64,000 nucleotides of DNA. Origin: Eledone cirrhosa (lineage: Eukaryota). Position numbers and translations under genes: made by a program. The stretch lies in assembly GCA_964016885.1 (NCBI GenBank), contig OZ024747.1, forward strand, positions 434,001-498,000, read 5' to 3'. Positions 39,337 to 52,719 of this stretch are shown here, one piece after another (within the stretch, counting starts at the first letter, position 1; the number at the start of each line of letters is the position of its first letter). The notes beneath the pieces are model-generated. The model was given only the letters and a program-made list of their open reading frames with translations. It did no database searches and was not told the origin of the DNA.

Positions 39337-39686
39337 CTTATATATATATATATATATATATACTTATATATATATATATATATATATACTTATATATATA
39401 TATATATATATACTTATATATCTATATATATATATACTTATATATCTATATATATATATACTTATATATCTATATATATATATACTTATATATCTATATA
39501 TATATATACTTATATATCTATATATATATATACTTATATATCTATATATATATATACTTATATATCTATATATATATATACTTATATATATATATATATA
39601 TACTTATATATATATATATACTTATATATATATATATATATATACTTATATATATATATATATATATACTTATATATATATATATA

Positions 39687-39725
<39 letters not shown>

Positions 39726-40053
39726 TTATATATATATACTTATATATATATATATATATATATACTTATATATATATACTTATATATATATATATATATA
39801 TATACTTATATATATATACTTATATATATATATATACTTATATATATACTTATATATATATATATATATATATATACTTATATATATATATATATATATA
39901 TACTTATATATATACTTATATATATATATATATATATATACTTATATATATATATATATACTTATATATATACTTATATATATATATACTTATATATATA
40001 CTTATATATATACTTATATATATATATACTTATATATATATATATATATATAT
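39261..40053. repeat. (CT)n followed by a ~730-bp (TA)n array with periodic CT interruptions
   Basis: Seen directly. Confidence 0.95.
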
Positions 40054-40255
40054 GTAGATAAATCTACCAAGAGTTTACGGTAGTGTCCAATCCGTATGAA
40101 GAACTCAATGTAGTCCGGATATCATGGAAAGAAGAGATGCAATGAAAAATCACTTTCGGTGAAAGATAAACGGAATACAGAGTCAAGATAAAATATTAAA
40201 AAAATAATGAATAAAACAATGAAACAGTTCCTTATATTAAACAAAAAAAGTTCAT

Positions 40256-40400
40256 TATTTAACGATCGTTTCTAGGATATATATGTGTTAGAATTGGCAT
40301 GCATATTCAACAGATCTATGTACAAAATTATACAAAATTATACAAACTATCAAGATTAAATATACATACCAAACACACATATATGCCGTCTTCAGAAATA
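40256..40400 (-). ncRNA. Hammerhead-like motif with long stem II insert
   Basis: tattt CTGAAGA c…~115 nt…a GAAA cgatcg TT aaata; palindromic stem III. Confidence 0.45.
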
Positions 40401-40977
40401 ATGAAATATATTTATTGATAATAACAACAATTCAAAATTTCAGGTCCGTTTGGGAACGGAGTTCAAATTGACCAATGAAAATACAAAAAATTTTATGCAG
40501 TTTGGTGTGTGTATATACATGTAATTAACCTCGTACACATATTTATACAAAGATATATACTCACATGCATACGCATGCCAAAAAGATGTATGCAAATACA
40601 AAAATTCAAGGCTAATGTCTCTGTAAGTTTATAATCCACAGATAAAATGCGTATAGACACATAAATATGAAATAAATGTATACACATATTCACATACTCA
40701 CACATATCCGTACACTCACACACACACGCGCGTATATGCATAAACATACACATAATTACGAACATACATACACACACACACCCCCACACACATATATATG
40801 TGGATATAGTATTATCATAAGCATATGGACATTAATGCATGCACATAAACACTGCCACACACATTTAGATCAAGATACAGAAATTAGGGGGGGGGGGGGG
40901 GAAGAGGTCAGTATTCAACGGTTTCGGCAGACTGCTTATTTATAGATGTATAATGATTTATAGATTTATAGATGATA

Positions 40978-42415
40978 GCGTAAAAGTTGGCGTCCATCAG
41001 GGCTCTGTTCTCAGCCCCCTACTATTTATTATTGCCCTTCAGGCTATAACAGAGGAGTTCAAGACAGGCTGCCCATGGGAACTCCTATACGCAGACGACC
41101 TGACACTCATAGCGGAATCAATGGCCGAGCTAGAGAAGAAATTCCAAACATGGAAGCACGGCCTAGAGTCAAAAGGACTTAAAATTAACCTGGCTAAGAC
41201 CAAAGTTCTAGTTTGTAGGAAAGAAAACAAGGCGGCGGTCCCTTCTGGGAAATGGTCGTGCTCGGTATGTAGGAAAGGCGTAGGTAGAAACTCCATCTTA
41301 TGTCCTAAATGCAAAGTATGGGTGCATAAAAGATGTAGTGGGATCACAGGTAAGCTAACTAAGAACATAGACTTTACATGTGGCCGGTGTTCTGGTGCAA
41401 TAAGTAGCAGCAAGTGCCCACAAAATACTAGCTCTTTCAATTGCGCAGAGGGTTTTATAGAAATAGTGGACAGCTTCCGTTACCTGGGCGATAAAATCAG
41501 CAGTGGGGGAGGGTGCTCTGAAAGTACTGTAGCTAGAGTCAGAACTGGTTGGAAAAAGTTCAGAGAGCTTATACCACTATTAGCTGCTAAAGGGTTCTCC
41601 CTAAAAATGAAAGGCAGGTTGTACGATGCCTGCATACGAACAGCAATGTTGCATGGTAGTGAGACCTGGGCATTGTGTGCAGAGGATATACGCAGACTAG
41701 AGAGGAACGAAGCTTGCATGCTCCGCTGGATGTGTAACAGTAATATACGTGAACGGCAAAGCATAAACGAACTAAGGAAAAAATTAGAGATAAGAGGGAT
41801 CAGATGTTGTTTACTCGAGAGAAGGCTGCGTTGGTATGGACACGTGATGCGCATGAAAGTCGATAGCTGTATTACAAAGTGCAGGGCAATAAAGATAGAC
41901 GGTAGCCACGGAATAGGCAGACCTAGAAAAACATGGGATGAGCTGATAAACTCCGACCTCACACACTTACACCTCTCCAAGACAATGTCACTGGACCGTG
42001 ACCTTTGGCGGTACTCAGTAACAGAGAAGACCCGCCTTGCCAGTAGGCATCTCTAACAAAACACACCCCTCCCGCCGCCACCCCCACCCCATCCACACCA
42101 CCCCGTTCTATGTAAAGTTATGTTGGTGCCGCGCCATCCAGGCCGAAACAAATGAGATCGTGTAGGTGTCACGACAAAAAAACACACAGTCCACGCTGTA
42201 ATGTGGCCGTGTAGGCAACACGGTAAAAACCTCCCAGACCCACACTGTAAATGTGGTTGGTGTTAGGAAGGGCATCCAACTGTAGAAAACCTGCCAGACA
42301 GTCCTATGCGAGCAAGACAATCACTCTTGCCTCAAGTGGGACTACCCCCGTCCAAACCCATGCAAGCGTGGAACACGGACGTTAAACGTTGATGATGATG
42401 ATGATGATGATGATG
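40978..42415 (+). mobile_element. 5'-truncated RTE LINE (open RT C-terminal frame to 42056, 3' UTR, (GAT)n tail)
   Basis: GVHQGSVLSP, YADD, Cys finger, RRLRWYGHV, GRPRKTW. Confidence 0.93.
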
Positions 42416-42482
42416 TATCTATAAACTTAGAAATAAAAAGAAAAGAAAAGAAAAAGAAAGAAGAAAAAAGAAATATATCAAG

Positions 42483-42536
<54 letters not shown>

Positions 42537-43000
42537 TACACATACAACACACACACACACACATATATAAACATATACATATATATATACACATATATAC
42601 ACACATACATATATATATATACACACATATATACACATATATACACACACACATATATACACACACATATATATATATACACGCACATATACATACACAC
42701 ACATATATATATATATACAAACAAGCAAAATATAAAGTATACATCGATATACATACATATAGACATATAAATAAATACACACGCATACACACACATACAT
42801 ATACAAACATATACATACACATATATATAAACACATACATATACATACATATACATACACATACCATATAAATACACATACACATACACAGACGCATACA
42901 TATAGAGACACATACATATACACATATAAATACATATAGAGACACATACATATACACATATAAATACATAGACACATACATACATAAACACATACTTATA

Positions 43001-43052
<52 letters not shown>

Positions 43053-43059
43053 TATATAC

Positions 43060-43120
<61 letters not shown>

Positions 43121-43121
<1 letters not shown>

Positions 43122-46100
43122 CATCATCACCGTTTTACGTCCGTTCTTCCACGCTAGCATGGGTTAGACGGGTTGTCCTGTTGTGGGCAGTGTCTGGTCG
43201 GCTGACCATGCCTTGCTCATACAGGAACTGATCTGGCTTGATTTCTACAGCTGGATGCCCTTCCTAACACCAACCTCATTTACAGTGAGTGCTGGGTGCT
43301 TTTTCGTGGCGCCTACACGTCCACTTTACAGTGTGGGCTGGGTGCTTTTTTGCCGTGGCACCTCCACGACCACCTTGCGGTGGGGGGGGGGGGGGGGCAT
43401 ATTGTTTATATGCTTCAGCATGTACCCATGGGAGGTCGGGTACCCTGTATTACTGCGTGACGCCAGAGGTCACGGTCGTGTGTCATTGACTTTGAGAGGT
43501 GTAGTTGGGTAAGGTCGGCTTTTATCACCTCATCCCAAGCCATCTTGGGTCTCCCCACTCCGCGGTTTCCATCAACTTCTAGTGCTCTGCACCTTTTTAT
43601 GCAGCTGTCATCCTTCATACGCATCACATGTCCATACCAGCGTAACCGCCTCTCCTGCACGCAGCATTTGATTTCTCTTATGCTCAGTCTCTCTCTCAAT
43701 TCCTTTATGCTTTGTCGTTCACGTATATTACTGTTACACATCCATCGGAGCATGCAGGCTTCGTTTCTCTCTAATCTACGTAAGTCTTCCACCTTCAGCG
43801 CCCAGGTCTCACTACCATGCAGCATCGCTGTTCGGATACACGCATCATACAGTCAGCCTTTCATTCTGAGGGAGAAGCCTTTTGCAGCTAGCAGTGGTAG
43901 TAGTTCCCTAAACTTCTTCCATCCCGTTCTTACCCTAGTTATTGTACTTTCTGAGCACCCACCTCCGTTGCTAATTCAGTCACCTAGGTAGCAGAAGCTG
44001 TCTACTGTTTCTACAGGGCCCTCCCAGAGATTGGTGGTACTTGTTTCCTGTGGCTGTTTGCTTGCTGTTTCAGCACAGCTGCTGCATGTGAATCCTACAT
44101 TCTTAATTAAGCTTCCTGAGATCCCGCTACATCTCTTGTGTACCCATTGTTTGCATTTGGGGCAAAGAATGGAGTTCCTACCTACACCTTTCCTACATAC
44201 TGAGCAAGGCCATTTCCCTGAGGGGATCTGGGTTCTGTTTTCTCGTCTACTTACAAGGACCTTAGTCTTTGTCATGTTGACTTTGAGGCCCTTTCTCTCT
44301 AGTCCCTGCTTCCAGGTTTGGAATTTATTCTCTAGTTCTACCATAGATTCAGCTATGAGTGCGAGGTCATCAGCATACAGGAGTTCCCATGGGCATCCGG
44401 TCTTAAACTCCTCCGTTATTGCCTGCAGGACTATGATGAACAGGAGAGGGCTAAGAACAGAGCCCTGGTGGACCCCAACCTGTACGCTAAATTCCTCGCT
44501 ATACTCATTGCCAATCCTAACTTTGCTGACTGCTCCCCTATACATGGCTTGTACCGCTTTCACAAGCCATTCATCTACTCCTAGTTTTCTAAGAGCCCAC
44601 CAGATTACTGCACGTGGAACTCTGTCAAAGGCTTTCTCAAGGTCGACAAATGCCAAGTAGAGTGGCTTACTTTTAGCTAGGTACTTTTCCTGTAATTGCC
44701 TCACAAGGAAGAGGGCATCAGTGGTGCCTTTCCCTGGTACAAACCCAAATTGCATCTCGTCTATATTCACCCGGTCCCTAATCAGCTGTGCTATAACTCT
44801 TTCTGTTACTTTCATGACCTGGTCCATCAACTTTATACCTCTATAGTTTCCTCTATCTAGTGCATCGCCTTTACCTTTGTAGCAGTTGACAATGATGCTA
44901 CTGCACCAATCTTTTGGTATGGCCCCCTCTAGTATTACCTGGTTAACGATACGTGTGGTTATAGTGTGACCTACAGACCCAGATGCCTTCAGCATCTCGG
45001 CAGCTATACCCGATGGACCGGTTGCCTTCCCTATCTTCATATCTCTGATTGCCTTACTTACTACGCTGCCGCTGACTTGTACTGCTGGTCCCTCTATAGG
45101 GTCTACGTGGGGTAGGGTCTCTTCTTCCCATGCATTCTCCTCATTTAGTAATCTATCATAATGACTCTTCCATGCATCTTTCTTCTCAGCACTTGTGAGG
45201 GCAAGCTCACCTTTATCATTCCGGATACACTTCTCTCCAATGACATCACAACTATCTCTGACACACTGCCTCGCAATCTTGAATACCTCCTGTTTCTGGT
45301 CCTCACGTTGTAAAACATGCTTGAATTTTCTATCCTCTGCTTCCCTCCTAGCTAAGTATACTTGTCGCCTAGCTTCCCTCTTGGTCTCTATGTAATGTAC
45401 CCTGCTCCCCCCATTCTTCCATTCTTTCCATGCCTGTCTCTTGGCCTTGACTGCTTCATCTACCTTATTGTTCCACCACCAAGTCACTCTCCTCCTGCTT
45501 GAGGTCTTACTCCAGCCACAAACCTCATCCGTCGCCTCTAGTAAGTTATTTTTTAGGAACTCCCAGTTCTCTTCTACGTTAAATGTCTCTATCTGTTCTT
45601 CTTTACTGTCGTAGGCGTTGAGTAAAATATCTTTAAATCTGTTACTGGTTGAGGGGACTTTCAGCTTCCAGATCTTTCTTCTCCAGGTTGGCCTCTGTTT
45701 CAGGGCTCGTCTAGTTCTGACCGTGAGGTCGCTGACAACTAAGCTATGTTGGGATGTACATTCCTCACTAGGGAAGGCTTTTGTGTTTACGACCGTCCAT
45801 CTGTCACGTCCTCTGATGAGGATAAAATCTAACTGACTAGAGTGCTCCCCTGATCTATAGGTGATCAGGTGGTTGTCGGGTTTTTTAAAGTTTGTGTTAC
45901 ATATCGACATGTCATTGGCGTCGCAGAATTCTAGAAGTCTGAATCCTTCCTCATTCCTTGTGCCAACTCCATGGCCTCCATGTACTCTATTGAAGCCGTC
46001 GCAGTGTTTACCTATATGTCCGTTAAAATCTCCTGCAATGATTAGGAAGTCCTTGTCGTCTGTTAGAGTAGTAGTGTGTATTAGGGACTCGTAAAACCTA

Positions 46101-46790
46101 TCCTTAAGTTCGTCTGGCAGCCCCGATTGGGGTGCGTAAGCTGATATTATTGTGGTAATTGTCTTATTCAGGACTAGTCTAAGTTTAATGATTCTTGCAT
46201 TTACCCTGTACACTGAGATTACTTTATCTACCCACTTGTCAGCTAATAGTATACCTACACCACCCATCCCATCGTCATTTCCCACCCAGAAAAATTTGTA
46301 GCACTGGCTTTTTCCTACAAGGACTCTAGCAGACCCTCCTCTCCATCTAGTCTCTTGCACACAGCATACATCAACTTCCTTTCGCTCTAGCATTTCTACG
46401 ATTTCTCCTGCTCTTCCTTTCATTGAGCCTACATTGATGGTACCAACTCGGAGTTTTGGGCATTTGTCGACACTCGTAGGGGAGGGTCTCTGGGTTGGCG
46501 CTTCACGTGGGTGCTTGGTAGCTCGCAGATTCATATTTCATCTATTGATTCAGAGTTGCTCGTGTATTCCCAGCTCATCCATCCATAACGGTGGGAAAAT
46601 TGAGGGCTAGAAGAACAGTGGTGGTGGGGTAATGGCAGGGTGTGTTGGGATGCGCCAGAGGAGGAGAGAGTTAGTTAGGCAGGTAGTAGCAGCAGCAGTG
46701 GAAATGGCATGCTAGGTTTGATTGGTCGAATAGACTATGGTGGTGTGTGGGGGTGGGGTGGGGGAGGGAAATTGTGAGGTAGGAACTGAG
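43121..46790 (-). mobile_element. Near full-length RTE-clade LINE: APE endonuclease + RT + Cys/His finger; reading frame 46534-43415 broken only by TGA at 43976 and 43853
   Basis: GTINV, CVQET, AGDFN, LDFIL, HSLV (APE); QFGF, DLEKAFD, GVHQGSVLSP, YADD, YLG (RT); RRLRWYGHV, GRP; 3' UTR ends in (GAT)n. Confidence 0.95.
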
Positions 46791-47541
46791 GGTCGCATGG
46801 TAAATATCCAAGTTAATACTACATCAGTAAAATTAACAATAATAATGTCATGAAAAAAACTACTAAGAGAAACCCTAGAAAATTTATCGCTAATACAGCA
46901 GGGAAAATTTAACGCTAATACAGCAGGGAACATCATAATATTAACGACAATATGTAGGCTAAAATACCTTCGTAGATTAGATGGATGGCTGGAATAATTG
47001 GAGTCAGCTCTAGTGATACATTTTAGCAGAGAAGAATGGGAAAGTATCTTATCTCTTCAATATTTTCAGATTGAATGAATTAGGTTAAAGACAGGGTAGT
47101 AAGCCTTAAAGAAGTGCATAGAGAGGGGGGGTAGGAACTGAGGGTCGCATGGTAAATAACTGAGAGAGATACAATAGGATTAGAATACCGCATGGTAAAT
47201 ATCCAAGTTAATAAGTTAATACTACATCAGTAAAATTAACAATAATGTCATGAAAAAAACTACTAAGAGAAACCCTAGAAAATTTATCGCTAATACAGCA
47301 GGGAAAATTTAACGCTAATACAGCAGGGAACATCATAATATTAACGACAATATGTAGGCTAAAATACCTTCGTAGATTAGATGGATGGCTGGAATAATTG
47401 GAGTCAGCTCTAGTGATACATTTTAGCAGAGAAGAATGGGAAAGTATCTTATCTCTTCAATATTTTCAGATTGAATGAATTAGGTTAAAGACAGGGTAGT
47501 AAGCCTTAAAGAAGTGCATAGAGAGGGGGGGGTAGGAACTG
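46779..47541. repeat. ~400-bp tandem duplication directly upstream of the - strand RTE
   Basis: 46794-47140 is nearly identical to 47189-47541. Confidence 0.9.
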
Positions 47542-47568
47542 TACATATACATATATATACATATATAC

Positions 47569-47636
<68 letters not shown>

Positions 47637-47648
47637 ATATACATATAT

Positions 47649-48280
47649 GGCAACCCTGATTGGGGTGCGTAAGCTGATATTATTGTTGTAATTGTTTTAT
47701 TCAGGACTAGTCTGAGTTTAATGATTCTTGCATTTACCCTGTACACTGAGATTACTTTATCTACCCACTTGTCAGCTAGTAGTATACCTACACCACCCAT
47801 CCCATCGTCATTTCCCACCCAGAAAAATTTGTAGCACTGACTTTTTCCTACAAGGACTCTAGCAGACTCTCCTCTCTTGCACACAGCATACATCAATTTC
47901 CTTTCGCTCTAGCATTTCTACGATTTCTCCTGCTCTTCCTTTCATTGTGCTTACATTGATGGTACCAACTCGGAGTTTTAGGCATTTGTCGACACTCGAA
48001 GGGAAGGGTCGATTTTTGCAGGGGTGTGTGTGCTTCCTGTCTCTGGATTGGGGCTTCACATGGGTGCTTGGTAGCTCGCGGATTCATATTCATTTCATCT
48101 ATTAATTCAGAGTTGCTCCAATTTATTCTCAGCTCATCCATACATAACGGTAGGAAAATTCAGGGCTAGAACAGTGGTGGTGGTAATAATGGCAGGGTGT
48201 GTTGGGCTAGGACGGGGGAGGAGAGAGTTAGGTAGTAGTAGTAGTAGAAATGGCATGCTGAGGTTTGATTGGTCGAATAG
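47649..48280 (-). mobile_element. RTE 5' fragment (5' UTR to [10 protein letters not shown]), inverted relative to the adjacent copy
   Basis: Nearly identical to ~33385-34025, including the same 11-nt deletion. Confidence 0.92.
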
Positions 48281-51031
48281 GCACTCCAATCTGGTCTACC
48301 TGACGTTATAAAGGATAGGTTCTATGAGACGCTAATGCACACTACCTCCCAAATAACCGACAGCGACTACTTAATTATTGGTGGTGACCTAAATGACTAC
48401 GTTGGGCAACATAGTGATGGTTATGATGGAATCCATGGAGGATATGGGTTTGGTACTAAAAATGAGGAAGGCTTCAGAATCCTGGAATTCCGTGACGCTA
48501 ATAACTTAACTATCTATAGCACAAACTTCAAAAAACGAGAAAACCACTTGATCACTTATAGATCAGGGGAACACGCCAGCCAGATAGAATATATCCTTAC
48601 CAGAAGACGGGACAAAATGTCTGTTGTAAACACTAAATCCCTCCCCCGTGAAGAATGCACCTCCCAACTAACCCTAGTAGTTAGTGACCTCATAGTCAGG
48701 AATAGACTTACTCGATGACAGAGGAGGCCTACCTTGAGGAGAAGAATATGGAAGTTGAAGGACCCCATAGCCAGTGACAAATTTAAAAGCTTATTACTTG
48801 ATGCCTTTGACAATAAGGAAGAACAATTAGAGACATGCAATAATCACTGATAATGATAAGAGGATAGCCTGGAAGTGTCACTACGAGAGACTATTAAATG
48901 AGGAGAATAAATGGGAAAAAGATAGTCTGCCCCAAATCGATCCAATAGAAGGACCAGCGGTGCAAGCTAAAGGTAGTATAATAAGTAAGGCAATCAAAGA
49001 TATGAAGACAGGCAAGGCAGCTGGGCCTTCGGAGATAGTTGTTGAGATGTTGAAGGCATCTGGAATGGTGGGACACACTATGGTCACCCGTATAGTTAAC
49101 CAAGTAATACAGAATGGGGTCATACCAAAAGACTGGCGTAGCAACATCATCATTAACTGCTACAAGGGTAAAGGGGATGCTCTAGATAGGGGAAACTATA
49201 GAGACATTAAGTTAGTTGACTAGGTCATGAAGGTCACAGAAAAAGTAATAGCGCAACTAATCAGAGAGCGAATTGATCTAGATGTAATGCAGTTTGGGTT
49301 TGTGTCAGGTAAAAGTACCACAGACACTCTTTTCCTTGTACGACAACTACAGAAGTACCTAGCTAAAAGTAAACCCCTCTACTTAGCTTTTGTAGACCTG
49401 GAGAAAGTCTTTGACAGAGTCCCCCGCTCCATTATCTGGTGGGCTCTTAGAAAACTAGGTGTAGATGAAGGGCTTGTGAGAGCTATACAAGCTATGTATA
49501 AAGAAACAGTCAGTAAGGTTAGAATTAACAATGAATATTGTGAAGAATTTAGCGTAAAAGTTGGTGTTCATCAAGGCTCTGTCCTTAGCCCCCTTCTATT
49601 TATTATTGCCCTTCAGGCTATAACAGAGGAGTTCAAGACCAGCTGCCCATGGGAACTCCTATACGCAGATGATCTAATTCTCATAGTTGAATCTATGGCT
49701 GAACTAGAGAAGAAATTCCAAACATGGAAGCATAGCCTAGAATCAAAAGGCCTTAAAGTTAACTTGTCTAAGACTAAAGTTCTAGTTTGTAGAAAGGAAA
49801 ATAGGGTACAGGTGCCCTCAAGGAAATGGCCATGCTCAGTGTGTAGGAAAGGAGTAGGCAGAAATTCCATTTTATGCCCCAAATGCAAATTATGGGTACA
49901 TAAAAGATGTAGTGGGATTACAGGTAAACTATCTAAGAACATAGACTTTATATGTGGCCGATCCTCAGGTGCAATAAGTAGCAAGTCCCCACAGGATACT
50001 ATCTCCTTCTATTGCCCAGATGGACCTATAGAAATAGTGGAAACCTTCCGTTACCTGGGTGATGAAATCAGCAGTGGTGGAGGGTGTTCTGAAAGTACAG
50101 TAGCCAAAGTCAGAAAGGGATGGAAAAAGTTCAGAGAGCTTATACCACTGTTGGCCACAAAAGGTTTCTCTCTAAAAATGAAAGGCAGATTGTATGATGC
50201 CTGTATACGAACAGCAATGCTACATGGCAGTGAGACATGGGCATTGCGTGCAGAAGACCTGCGCAGACTGGAAAGGAACGAAGCATGCATGCTCCGTTGG
50301 ATGTGTAATAGTAATATACGTGAACGGCAAAGGATAAATGAACTAAGTGAGAAATTAGGAATAAGAGAGATCAGATGCTGCTTACTTGAGAGAAGACTAC
50401 GTTGGTATGGCCATGTGATGCGCATGAAAGACGACAGCTGTATAAAAAAGTGCAGGGCGATCAAAATAGATGGTAGCTACGGAGTAGACAGACCCAGTAA
50501 AACCTGGGACGATTTGATAAATTCCAACCTTACACACTTGCACCTCTCTAAGACAATGTCACTGGACCGAGATCTTTGGCGCTACACAGTAATACAGAAG
50601 ACCCGCCTTGCCTATGTACAAAGCGAAACCTACAGTCTGTAGGCACCTCTTAACCAAATATACACCCCAATCCACTACCCCTACCCTATCCTCCCACTCC
50701 CACCAACACCACCCTCTCTCTGTAAAGTTGGTACCACAACATCCAGTTCAAATAAATGAGATAATGAGATCGAGATCGTGTAGGTGTCACGGCAAAAAAA
50801 CACAGTCCACGCTGTCATGTGGCCATGTAGGTAACACGGTAAAAAGTTCCCAGTTCCACACTGTAAATGTGGTTGGTGTTAGGAAGGGCATCCAGCCGTA
50901 GAAAACGTGCCAGATAGTCCTATATGAGCGAGACACGGTCACCCGACCAACCTTGCCTCAAGTGGGACAACTTCCGTCTAACCCATGCTAGCGTGGAAGA
51001 TGGACGTTAAACGAAGATGATGATGATGATG
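48281..51031 (+). mobile_element. RTE LINE from mid-APE to (GAT)n tail, with an internal deletion near 48850 and several stops
   Basis: ORFs 48335, 48960 and 49227 give APE and RT motifs; 3' UTR matches the other RTE tails. Confidence 0.93.
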
Positions 51032-51040
51032 ATATATATA

Positions 51041-51071
<31 letters not shown>

Positions 51072-51074
51072 AGT

Positions 51075-51830
51075 TGTATGGTTCTGTGTTCAGAACACTA
51101 TTCTGCCACTTTTTCTTCACCAGAATGAAATCAATCTGGGGCTTGGACAGGTGCATATCAGAGAGAGCAGGAGAGTTACGTCGAAAAAGATATTGGGTGA
51201 TGAATTTGCTGACGACATAGTTCTGGTGACAAACACAGTGAAGGAGGCAGATGATTTGATACAGGAGGTGGAGACTGTGTCTGAGAATGAATGAGATTAA
51301 GACGAAGTATCTGGTAGAGAATATTAAGAAGCCAGAGAAGATTACTAATGAAGGCGGGAAGCCGCTAGAATTGGTTGAGGACTTCCTGTATTTGGGAGCA
51401 AAGATTGGGAATATGGAGGATGATGTGGTCGAGAGGAAGAGCAAAGCCTGGGTGGTGTGCCACAGCTTGAGATCGGTGTGGAAATTGGACCTTCGTAAAG
51501 ACCTGAAGATCTGCTTCTTCATTGCTGTAGTGGAGTCTGAGACTTGGACACTGACCAAGAAACTCATTCAGATGGGGGATGGGTGCTACACGAGAATGCT
51601 GAGGATGGCTCTGAACATTAATCAGTATACACTGAGGATGAAAAACTCAGAGCTGTACAGGAGCTTCCCAAAAGTCAGCTCAAAAGTGACACAGCGGAGA
51701 CTGAGATTAGCTGGACATGCTCACCGACATCCAGAGTTGACACTGCACTCAGTGGTATTGTGGGAGCCCATGCATGGACACACTGGAAGAGGAAGACCGA
51801 GGTTAACATGTTGATGCACTAAGGAAATGA
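51075..51830 (+). mobile_element. Degraded fragment of a different RTE-like LINE; a short inverted APE piece (PQIDFIL, - strand) sits at its left edge
   Basis: FADDIVL, DFLYLG, RRLRLAGHAHRH, LWEP.HG..GRGRP. Confidence 0.8.
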
Positions 51831-52009
51831 CCATATTCGATATGTAGAAAAGGAGCTGGTATAAATTCTATAAAATGTACACAATGCCGATCTTGAGTAC
51901 ACAAGAGATGTAGTGGGATAGCAGGCAAACAAACAGGTAGGGAAAACTACGTATGCAGTAGATGTACAGGGAAATTTGACAGTAGAAGTCACAGTGATAG
52001 AAATATTTT

Positions 52010-52472
52010 TCAAATGCAGGTGGGTTCTATAGAAGTGGTTGATAGCTTCCAATACCTAGGCGATCAGATTAGCATGGGAGGGGGGAGGAGTGTTCCGAGG
52101 CCATAGTATCTAGAATAATGACGGGTTGGAAGAAGTTTCAGGAGCTGCTTCCTCTGCTGACAAAGAAGAGTTTCTCCCTATGTATGAAAGGCCGGTTATA
52201 TGATGCCTGTGTGAGATGCGCGATGCTGCATGTTAGTGAGACATGGGCAGCAACTGCAGAGGATATGCGACATCTTGAGAGAAATGAAGCAAGCATGCTC
52301 CGTTGGATGTGTAATGTCAATGTGCGTGAACGACCAAGCATAGATGAGTTGTAAGAGAAACTGTGTATAAGAGGGATAAGTTGTTGTGTGCGGGAGAGAA
52401 GACTACGATGGTATGGACATGTGATGCACATGGAGGATGACCTCTGGGTAAAGCAGTGCCAAGAAATCACAG
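52010..52472 (+). mobile_element. RTE RT C-terminal fragment
   Basis: GWKKFQELLPLL…GRLYDACV…MLRWMC…RRLRWYGHV, with stops. Confidence 0.88.
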
Positions 52473-52518
52473 TATGTTTCTATATCACCATAATTTTTGT
52501 TTTGTTTATTTAAACTAG

Positions 52519-52620
52519 GAACTTCTCTACAATAAGCACCTTCACCTTAATGGTTCCAAGCTGGAATCCCTGGGTTTCACCTGCCAAAAACCAGAGCTAA
52601 CCATCGATTACATGAAAGAA
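52519..52620 (+). CDS. Exon of the same gene (ELLYNKHLHLNGSKLESLGFTCQKPELTIDYMKE)
   Basis: tag acceptor after a T-rich tract, gtaagt donor; 102 nt; SKLxxLGF is typical of the extended-SDR C-terminus. Confidence 0.87.
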
Positions 52621-52719
52621 GTAAGTTGTTGATGTTATTGTAATCTCCTATCTTCTTTTTCTCTGTCCAACTTCTTCTTCCTGTGTTTATCAAGCTTGGT
52701 TAGCAAGCTCATGGCATGC

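Noticed and set aside
39165-40083. ~290-aa Y/I-rich ORFs
   Set aside because: Translations of the (TA)n array; the same applies to the many YIYI/CVCV/HTHT ORFs
43545-46094. + strand ORFs overlapping the RTE
   Set aside because: Antisense shadows of the RTE coding frame
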